A stretch of DNA of 64,000 nt from Basidiobolus meristosporus CBS 931.73 (Eukaryota; Fungi; Basidiobolomycota): the NCBI GenBank assembly GCA_002104905.1, contig MCFE01000038.1, forward strand, positions 62,001 through 126,000, given 5' to 3'. Every line of letters begins with the position of its first letter. Within the stretch, counting starts at the first letter, position 1. The position numbers and the translations under genes are program-made. The notes under the pieces were generated by a model that saw only the letters and a program-made list of their open reading frames with translations, did not search any database and was not told the DNA's origin. Shown piece by piece: positions 26,019-35,515 of this stretch.

Positions 26019-26989
26019 CTTCCAACTCTTGTGAAAACAGCTGTTTTCTTGTTGGTAATTCTTCTTGGCTATGATGGGATTCAGTCTGTTCCTGGCTTGC
26101 AGTGTTAATTGGAAAGAACTGCAGTTTTTTTTGGATCCCTCCCTGTCTCAGGCTTGGGTAGACATTTTTCCCTTTACCCTTTCCTTTATCACTGCCAGGT
26201 CTTTCACTGCTACTTTGTATGAGTGCTTCTTGTAAAGAACTATGTTTTCTCCTGGATAAATTCTGATCTGATGCATCTGTTTTGGCCTGCTTGTCCCTTG
26301 CTGGCACTCCTCTGGCAACCTGACGTTTCTTTTCCACTTGTTTTGAGCTCTCAACGTTAGTTGTGACAGGCTCCTGTAAAAGAAGCTGGTTCTTTTCACT
26401 GCCTGATCCTTCACTGCTACTTTGACTGGGTGCTTCTTGAGTGGTACTACAATTTTTCCTTGATAAATGTTGTGCTGGGGCATCTGTGTCTGCCTGCTGT
26501 CCCTAATTGGCACTCTTCCAGCTACCTGACATCACTTTGACTCTTGTCTGGAGCTATTGGCCCTGCTTGTTACAGGCTCTTGAGGAAGCTGCTGGTTTTG
26601 AGCCATGGCATCCTTGTTCTTCTTCCATTGATAATTTCTGCTATTCTTAAGACACTTTCTTAGCATACTAATGCTGGCCAAAATCTGTTTGCCTGTTTGA
26701 ATCCAGGATAATGCTCATGGAACAAGTCAAGTGCGCTCTGCTTGGCCTTGAGTTCCTGATGGTCCTGTGGTATGCTGGCCTTAAGGTGATGGTGAGCAAT
26801 ACTTCAGATGGCCTCTTGTATATTAGCCCACTCTTCATTATTGCACTCAACAGCTTCACAGATCTTCAATGTCTTTTGATTTTTAGGCTTGGGTATAAAC
26901 ACCACATTGTCCCCCTCCCACACTTTGATAGGTTCCACTGTGGGCTTTATCTTTGGGCACTGTTGTTGTGCTTCAAAGACTGTACAGTG

Positions 26990-27350
26990 TGTGAGTACTA
27001 AATGCAGTACCCACTCTTTGCCCAAGAGTTCTCCCCAGAGTCCTACCCAAAGTCTCCCAGTATCCTCACTATGATTCCCCCACGTGCCCTCCCTCCTATC
27101 CCTACCCTTATCTAGTTAGAACACTTACCATAACAGGAAGGTGCTCACACCCCTATTTTATAACACATTGACTATTATCTAAGCCCCCCCAAGTGATATA
27201 TATATGTACCCAAGACAAGGGGATTGGGACAAAATAAACACAAGTCTTTATTACCTTGCTACCTTCTATCAGAAGCTACTCTGAACCAAGTGGTACTGAC
27301 TTGACCTACAAGCTCTCCCACTCACCAAGTACAGCCAGTAATAACCCACA
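26990..27350 (+). repeat. Solo LTR of a further family, 361 bp, 5-bp TSD CAGTG/TAGTG
   Basis: TGTGAG...CCCACA ends, internal TATATA and AATAAA. The flanks rejoin to match the paralogue near 32945-32975. The TSD differs by one C-to-T change. Confidence 0.75.
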
Positions 27351-28198
27351 TAGTGTTCCTCTGCTGTTACATTGGGAAATGACTCAATTCTTGGCTGTGA
27401 CATTGAGCTACTGAAGTCCCTTCTTTGCCACAAAGATACTGCTTTCTCTACCTGAGATATTGATTGCTCTACATATTATCTGCTGATTGTGTTTCTGGAA
27501 TATTTCCTAATTTCTCTGGGCCATTGCATCCATCCTATCTGCAACTGCACCTAATTGCTTCATTAATGCTTTGGTATGAGCTGGCAACATACTTGCTAAT
27601 ATGGGTGGTGGTGATGTTATCATGGCTACTTGCTGATCTTCAACTGAGGGAACTGCATTTGCTACATTCTCATCTGCCTGAGCATAACGGTCAACTTGTG
27701 GCTCCACAGAGGTTCTCAATTACCTGCTTGACTGAGAGCCTGAGGAGTCCGCATTATTGCCTTCAGTGGGCACACTGTCCATAGGGCCTTTTTTGGATGT
27801 AGCCCTGCTTGTTGCACTGAATGTCAAAGCAAGTTGTTGTCCAACTGTTCTTCTGTTGCCATCAGCAGTGGTGTTTGGTTGGGAACCAGACAACTTTGCT
27901 TTACTTTTGGCAACATATATATGGAAGTGAGTCAAACCAAAGGGGAAAAGTGTTGCATATACATGTGTATGTGATGCCACAACTTTATTTATAATACTTA
28001 CTATAGCAGGTCATCATTGAATCTTGCATTCATGTAGGTGCAATGTCTCAAGTACAAGACTATCTTGAGTTCATATGAATATTGACCAAAAAGTGACATA
28101 ATAGCACTATGTTGTTGAAGGTCAAACTGTTTGCCCAATGGACAAGACTACTTTGACTCAACATTGTGAGAGAAGAGACAAAAGACCATGTGGCTATT

Positions 28199-28826
28199 AG
28201 ACTTGTTTCATTGGATAGTGCCATATTGCACCATGAGTGCCAATTGATGCCATAGTGGGCCAGGGGGCCAAGTTAAGCTATACTTGGCCACAGAGTGTGA
28301 AACATAGCTCTGCATCTTCATGCAAAGCCTCCCCTGTGTTTCACCTACTGTGTTGGAGAAAATCCATTTTTTGACCTTTTTTTTAGGTCAATGTTATGTA
28401 GGATGTGTAAGAGCACAATAGGATTGAAGATATGCATCTGGTACTCAATACCCATGGCACTCTGAATCTAGCTCCTGTGGCATGTAACATGTTAGAAAAA
28501 TGTATGGTACTATCTTGGTCCACTGGTACTATCTGGCACTATAATTAACTATTAGCTCCAAAGTAAGATCTATACAAAGCACTTATAGTGCTAGATAGTA
28601 CCAGTGGACCAAGACAGTGCCATGCATTTTTGTGACATGTTACAGGCCACAGGAGCTAGATTCAGAGTGCAATGGGTATTGAGTACCTGATGATTGTGTT
28701 CAGTTCTTCTGTGCTCTTACACATCCTGCACAACATTGATCCACAAAAAATGACAAAAAAAGGATTTTCTCCTGCATTGTGGGTGAGACACAGGGGCTGC
28801 TTTGCATGAAGATGCAGAGCTATGTT
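28199..28826 (-). mobile_element. Truncated foldback MITE (copy B), spacer inverted relative to copies A and C
   Basis: Starts AGACTTG after ATT. Full left arm, spacer and most of the right arm, then joins directly to mid-transposase sequence. Confidence 0.85.
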
Positions 28827-30107
28827 AATATTCCTATACTGATGACCAAGTTGTACATGGGGCATTTCAAGCTAAATGAGCCCTTTGAGATACCGGACAA
28901 ATTTGGAAGAATTGGCAAGATTTTACAGAGTATCTGCTACCCTAAGTACTTCTCACAGGCTCCAATTAATATGCATATGCATATGCAACAATACAAATTC
29001 AAAGACTGGATGAGCTGGATATGTATTTATTCAAGTGGTGTTCTGAAGCCATTCCTACCAAGAGTACATTGGAAGCACTGGGATTCATATGTGGACATTG
29101 TAAGAATATTTATCCCAAAGCAGATCACCAGTGCCAACTTGACGCATTTACAGCTGTTGTGTGAGGAGTTTGTGACAGGATTTGAGTGGCTATACTACAA
29201 ACATAAAGCTGAATGTGTAGATCTCTGCTGTTACTGTATCCATTTTCTACTCCATCTTACTTGGTGTGTGGAGAATATTGGGCCTTGCTTCACCTTTTGG
29301 GAGTTTCCTATGGAGTGGATGTGTGGGGAGATAGGAAGACAAGTCAAATTGCAGGTACTACCATATCCCAATCTCATCAAGAATTTTACCTTCAAGTGCA
29401 TCATGGATGTGATGAGTTGGCACATGGAGGACAGCCAGAAAGAGTTGGTAAATTCTGAGGACAAATGTGCACATGGAGACACCTATGCCTATGGCATTAA
29501 GATGCTAAGCAGCCCCAATGTGTGGGTAGTCAGTTAAGTAATGCAGAGTTGGGTTGGGTGCAACAAGCAACTAATTTCTATCAAGAAAACTCTGCCAAGA
29601 TATGCCGGATTTCTCATGGTCAGAAGCCAATTTCTACACCATTCAATACAGAATTCACATAAACAAAAGCCAGAGTGCACCTATAAGGGAGACTAGAATC
29701 CAGCAGCAAGAAGGAATATATTGGCTAACTACCAGGAAGTTCTTTGCAGATATTCAGGAGGTATTCATGTCAGAAGTGGCAGCAACCAAACACATGTTTG
29801 CAAGATATATATGCTACCAGCAGTACATGGTATATGGTAACTTTGAAAGTATCACACCAAAAGCTGTAAAGCTGAGGTGATAGAAGAATGTCAATTGTGG
29901 CAGGTATGCATGTTTGTAGAGGTTAGTAAACAGGAGGCCATAGTTTTTTTGATTCAAACTATATGTGGAATACCCAAGGTAATAGTAGGTGAGCAAGTAA
30001 AGTGGGGTGATTCTACAGTGGAATATATGAATTGCACAAGGGGAGGTAGAAAAAGGAAATACCATTTGGTAAATTGGTACAGTAGCATTATACAGAACCA
30101 GCAGTAG
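28827..30107 (+). pseudogene. CACTA-type transposase, 3' half
   Basis: YKFKDWMSWI, EEFVTGFEWLYY, IHFLLHLTWCVENIGPCFTFWEFPMEWMCG (the HxxxH...FPME signature of tnp2-type transposases). Confidence 0.85.
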
Positions 30108-33100
30108 GCCATGATACTGCAGATATAATGCCATCAGAGTCTTGCTGCAAGGTTGTCAAAATACTGTCAAGTTTCTTGCCATATAAGGCAATTGGATGTC
30201 CTGGCCAATGGATCCACTTAAAGTAAATATAGAGTGCTGAAAGACTGCAGCAATACCATGCAAATATTGTCACTGCACCAATAAAATGTTGTCAAGTTTT
30301 ATCCCTTTATTTGGTTGTAAAATTAGCAAAACACCGTCAGGATCCTATCATAAGATTATTAGGAGGGTCACAAATTCCAAGCTGCTGTTATTATGATGGT
30401 CTCTAAGTGGGATCATGATGGCTGATCTGGATAGGATCCACCCCTGGGACCAAGTTATTTTTCATAGGGACAGCATTCTGAGGAGCCTGTCACAAACAGG
30501 GCTAATAGTTCCAAGTAAGCAGCTAGGAAAAGTCAGGTTGCCAGGAGAGTGTCAGTAAGGGAGAAGCATGCAAAAACAGCTGCACCTGTGCAGTATTCAT
30601 CAAGGAGAAAAAAGAGTAGTATTGAAGACCCACTCAGTCAAAGTAGCAGTGAAAGACTTGGCAGGGATAAAGGTAAAGTGAAAAGGTCTACCCAAGCCAG
30701 AGACAGGGAATGGTGAGAAAAAAGCTGCAGTTCTCACCAATTAATGCTGTCAGCCCAAAGCAGGCTGAATCCCATCATAGCCAAGAAGAATTACTAACAA
30801 GACAAAAGCTGTTTTCTCAAGAGCTGGAAGCATAGCTAGTTGAGCTACACTCCAGTGAGGTAGATGAGTTTGCAGAGAAAAGCAATTTGTCTGTCACTGC
30901 CTCCCCATCTTCCATTGAAGACAGAGTGGAGATCCCACTGGCAGACAAAGCAAGAACATCAATAACTTAAAAGACCATCAGAATGCCCTAAATAGGCACC
31001 CCAAGAGGTTGCAGAACTTCTTCAAGAGCAGTGCTCAAGAAAATGCACTTGAATATTGCAAGAATTTATTGTAAAGACTGGCAGATGAGATGCTAGACCT
31101 TGCAGTGCTGGCTGAAGACCCAGAGGTATGGGAACCAGTGAATGAATATTGTCATAAAGCCACAAGGCTCCTGCAAGAGTCATGGAAAATGGGTGTTACA
31201 GTAGAAATAATGATTGAATGATGGATTTTAATGAAGTTACTAGCTGAGTGTGGGGCTGCTCTTGATGTTAGTGTTAGAAATAGGTACTTGCATAGGTCAA
31301 TACAATTGGAAATTCAGGCACATCCGAAGTTTCAATGGAAATTAATCAATTTGTATGCACAAAAAGTAAGAGAATTGATTGAGTAAGGAATTAGGGAGTG
31401 TGTAAAAGAGGCATTAGCCAATCAATGTACACAAACATTGGAGGTGGTTGAGTGTCCAGGATTGGAAAGTGAGAGGATTGGCAGAGGCCCAGTCAAAAGC
31501 CACTTATGTACTGTTATAATGAAAAATTTCACAAATATTTTTGTGAAATCTGGAGTGCAGTCATTTTCAATGAATCTTACATGGTGCTCTGACAGAATCA
31601 ATAACTCTTAGTCAAGGGACCTTAAATCTGTGACAGCCTTTTGACAAAATCATCACAATTACTTCTTATATGATTGTCTGTTGGTAGGATCTCCACTCAG
31701 TCTACAATGGACATGGAGGCAGTAGTAGGCAGATTGCTTCTGTCTGCAAACTCACCTACCTCACTGGAGTGTAGTTCAACTGGCTGCACCTCAAACTCTT
31801 GAGAAAACAGCTTTTGTCATGTTAGTAATTCTTTTTGGCTATGATGGGACTCAGCCTGTTCTGGGCTGACAATATTAATTGGTGAGTACTGCAGCTTTTC
31901 TTCCACCCTTCCCTGCCTTGGGCTTGGGTAGACCTTTATCTCTTTTTCTTAACCTTTATCACTGCCAAGTCTTTCATTGCTACTCTGAATGAGTGCTCCT
32001 TCTATTGTACTCTGTTTTCTCCTTGATGAATGCTGCACTGGTGCCTCTGTTTTTGCTTGCTTGTCCCTTGCCAGTACTCTCCCAGCAACCTGACATTTCT
32101 TTGCTGCTTGCTTGGAACTATCTGCCATGCCTTAGACAGGCTCCTGAGAAAGCTGTGGGTTTTAGCACTGTCAAGTCCTCCACTGCTACTGTGACCAAGT
32201 ACTTCTTGTATTTTGTATTGTTCTCTCCTTAATGAATGCTGCACTGGTGTATCTGTTTTTGCCTGTTTGCCTTGCAGGTACTCTCCTGGCAACCTGACAT
32301 TTCTTTGCCACTTGTTTAGAACTTCCAGCCTTGCTTGTGACAGGCTCCTAAGAATGCCATGGGTCTTTTATCACTGTCAAGTCCTTCACTGCTACTGTCA
32401 CTGAGGGCTTCTTATATTGAATTATGTTTTCTCCTTGATAAATGCTGCACCAATGTATCTGTTTATGTCTTCCTATCCCTTACTGACACTCTACTGGCTA
32501 TCTGACATTTCTTTACCACTTGTTTAGAGCTATCAGCCCTGCTTGTTTTAAGCTTTCAGGGAGTCACTAGTTTTTAGCCATGGCACCTTTGTTGTTCCAC
32601 CTTTGATAATTTCTGCTATTCTTGAGATACTTTCTTAGCATTCCAATGCTGGCCCAAAATCTATTTGCTTGCTTGAATCCAGGATAATGCTCATGGAATA
32701 GGTCAAATGCATTCCAATTACTTTGTGTTTCTGAGGGCATTATGGTATGCCAGCCTTAAAGTGAAGCTGTACTAGACTTCTAATAGCTCCTCAAAAATTA
32801 GCACACTCTCCATCATTGCACTCAACATCTTTACAGATCTTCAATGCCTTTTGAGTCTGAGGCTTGGGTATAAGCACCATGGTCTCTCCCCCCATGCTGA
32901 GAAAGGTTTTTCCTTGTGCTTTATCTTTAGGCACTGTTGGCGTGCTTCAAAGACTCTATGGTGCTCCTCTGCTGCTACATTGTGAAAGGGTTCAATTCTT
33001 GGCTGCAACATTGAGCTACCTTAGTTTCTTCTTTGTGGCAAAGATTCAATGTTCTCCACCTGGGATATTGATTGCTCTACACATATTATCTGCTCATCCT

Positions 33101-33648
33101 GCTTCTGGACAATTTCCTGTTTACTCTGGGCCATTGCATCTATCCTGTCAGCCACTGTATCTAATTGCCTCATTAATGCTTTAGCATGAGCTGACAACAT
33201 ACTTGCTGATATGGGTGGTGGTTATGCAGATCACTAATGCTAGCTTGAGACATCTATAGCTATTGCCTTGAGGAGTTTGTAATGGGACTTGAGCAGCTAT
33301 GCTGCAAGCATAAAGCTGAGTACATAGATCTCTGCCACTACTGTATCCATTCTCTACTCCATCTTGCACAGTATGTGGAGAATATTGGGCCTTGCTTCAC
33401 CTTTTGGGAGTTTCTTATGGAGCAGATGTGTGGGGAGATAGGAAAACAAGTCAGGTTGCAGTTACCACCATATGCCAATCTCATCAAGAATATTACCTTC
33501 AAGTCTGTCATGGATGTAATAAGCTGGCACATGGAGGACAGCTAGATAGAGTAAGAAATACTGAATACAGATGTGCACATGGAGACACCTATGCCTTTAG
33601 CATTAAGAAGCTAAGTAGTCCCAATGCATGGATAATCAGTTAAGTAAT

Positions 33649-34382
33649 AGACTTGTTCCATTGGATAGTGCCACATTGAGCCATGAGTGCCAAATGATAC
33701 CATAGTGTGCCAGAGAGGCCAAGTGAGCCTCTACCTGGCCGCAGAGTGTGAAACATAGCTCTGCATCTTCATGCAAAGCAGCCCCTGTGTTTCACCCATT
33801 GTGTTGGAGAAAATCCATTTTTTGACCTTTTTTTTTGGATCAATGTTGTGCCGGATGTGTTAGAGCACAAGCAGATTGAAGATATGCATCTGGTACTCAA
33901 TACCCATGGCATTCTGAATCTAGCTCCTGTAGCTTGTATCATGTCACAAAAATGAATGGCACTATCTTGGTCCACTGGCACTATCTGGCACTATAAGTAC
34001 TTTGTATAGATCTTACTTTAGGGCTAATATTTAAATACAGTGCCAGATAGTGCCAGTGGATCAAGATAGTGCCATTCTTTTTTGTGACATGATACAAGCC
34101 ACAGGAGCTGGATTCAGAGTGCCATGGGTATTGAGTACCAGATGCATATCTTCAGTTCTCATGTGCTCTTACACATCCTGAGCTACATTGATCCACAAAA
34201 AAAGGTCAAAAAATGGATTTTCTCCTGCACAATGGGTGAAACACAGGGGCTGCTTTACATGAAGATGCAGAACTATGTTTCACACTCTGTGGCCAAGTAT
34301 AGGTTCACTTTACCTCTCTGGCACACTATGGCATCATTTGGCACTCATGGCTCATTGTGGCACTATCCAACAGAACAAGTCT
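33649..34382 (+). mobile_element. Complete 734-bp foldback MITE (copy C), ~345-bp inverted arms, TSD AAT
   Basis: AGACTTGTT...AACAAGTCT. Arms are about 90% identical around a ~42-bp spacer. AAT at 33646-33648 and 34383-34385. The flanks rejoin to the CACTA transposase sequence seen at ~21210 and ~29535. Confidence 0.95.
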
Positions 34383-34594
34383 AATATTAAGCTGGGTTGT
34401 ACAAAACAAACAATTAATTCTTATTAGGACAACTTTACCCAAGTATGCAAGGTTTCTCCAGTATACTAGCCAATTCCTACACAATTCATTACATATTCAT
34501 ACAAATAAGAACCAGAACTTACCTATAGGGGGGCTAGAATCTAGCAGGGAGAAGGAGTATATTGGCCAAGTCCCAAAAAGTATCTTGTGGATAT

Positions 34595-34990
34595 TGTTAT
34601 GATCACATGACATGCTTGGTCTCCAATTATCTAGCCAAATCAAGTTAGTGAAGAAATCCCAGTTCCTTCTAGAAAGTTCTACTACATTCTAGCAACTTCT
34701 TGAAAGCTCCAAGTCAACATCACACAATGGAACATTCTATGGAAGCTTCCCATTGGAATTTTTGTAGTCCCATGCCATATATGGTAACTACATGTCACAT
34801 GACCTAGCCACATGATCAGCTGACCCCTGACATATCTCCATGTGATATCCCAGTCTGTTCTTTAGTATATTCTATCTTGGCACACTTACTGTGTATTGCT
34901 CCAGAACCCCATCAGTATTAGCTAGTATCTCTTGGCATCCATATTGCCAAAAAGTGTATATAGTCCCATCCCCCCCTTATGTATTCCTCT
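34595..34990 (+). repeat. LTR of the chromovirus family at 41684-43235; right end approximate
   Basis: TGTTATGATCACATGAC... is near-identical over ~165 bp to 43068-43235. The 3' end and TSD are not resolved. Confidence 0.65.
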
Positions 34991-35515
34991 GTTGGATACA
35001 CATCCCTATAAAAAATCTCAAACTTGGAATTCATCTGATTTTCTGCTGGTATTCTAATGGTATTTTGCTGGTATTCAGCTGGTGTTTTTGGTTCAAAATT
35101 TCAAATGCAATTTGTGATGGAAGTAATGGGCAGCTAATTACCAAATTTGGTGTGGATGTTAGTTTGTCTATTCTCCTCCAGGAGAACTTGTTTGCTTACC
35201 TGTCCATCAGCTAAGAACAGAGATATTGAGAGTTGTCAATATTGAGTAACTTGGAATTCAGCTGATACTATTATGGTATTTTGCCGGAATACTCTGGAGC
35301 AACTAATAAGCAAAAATTTCATGGTTATAGAGATTCAGGCTGGGGAAGGGATCTGACTGACAGATGCTCTACCACTGCAACTGTATTTCTTTTTGCTGGT
35401 GCAGCTATTACATGAAATTGCAGAAAAAAAACCAAGTGTGGCCCTATCTACGTATATCTGTGGCTCAGAATTCTACATTGGGTGAGGTAGACCCTTGCAC
35501 ACCTACTGTAGAAAC

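Larger units (their letters stand above)
24829..30469. mobile_element. CACTA/CMC-like copy 3, both TIRs intact, TSD ACA
   Basis: Perfect 13-bp TIR CCCTATGAAAAAT at both ends, with ACA at 24826-24828 and 30470-30472. The joined flanks rebuild the 207-bp repeat unit. Accessory gene (-) ~27760-25165; transposase 3' half (+) 28827-30107. Confidence 0.92.
11597..31673. mobile_element. CACTA/CMC-like copy 1, 20 kb including nested insertions, TSD TTG
   Basis: TIR CCCGATGAAAAAC at 11597 and a degenerate TIR ending at 31673. TTG at 11594-11596 and 31674-31676. The joined flanks (GTTGCT-TTG-TCTGTTGGTAGGATCTCC) match the empty paralogous site near 18885-18910. Confidence 0.8.
10955..34594. mobile_element. 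CACTA/CMC-like copy 0 (host of copy 1); right end not found
   Basis: Terminus CCCTACAAAAAAT at 10955. Accessory gene pieces 11050-11596 and 31674-33210 join seamlessly across copy 1. Transposase fragments 33210-33648 and 34386-34594 flank a MITE. Confidence 0.6.

Noticed and set aside
28779-28826. N-terminus MGETQGLLCMKMQSYV of the 252-aa ORF
   Set aside because: It is MITE arm sequence (the same peptide occurs in ORF 34124-34384), fused by deletion to mid-transposase; not a real start.
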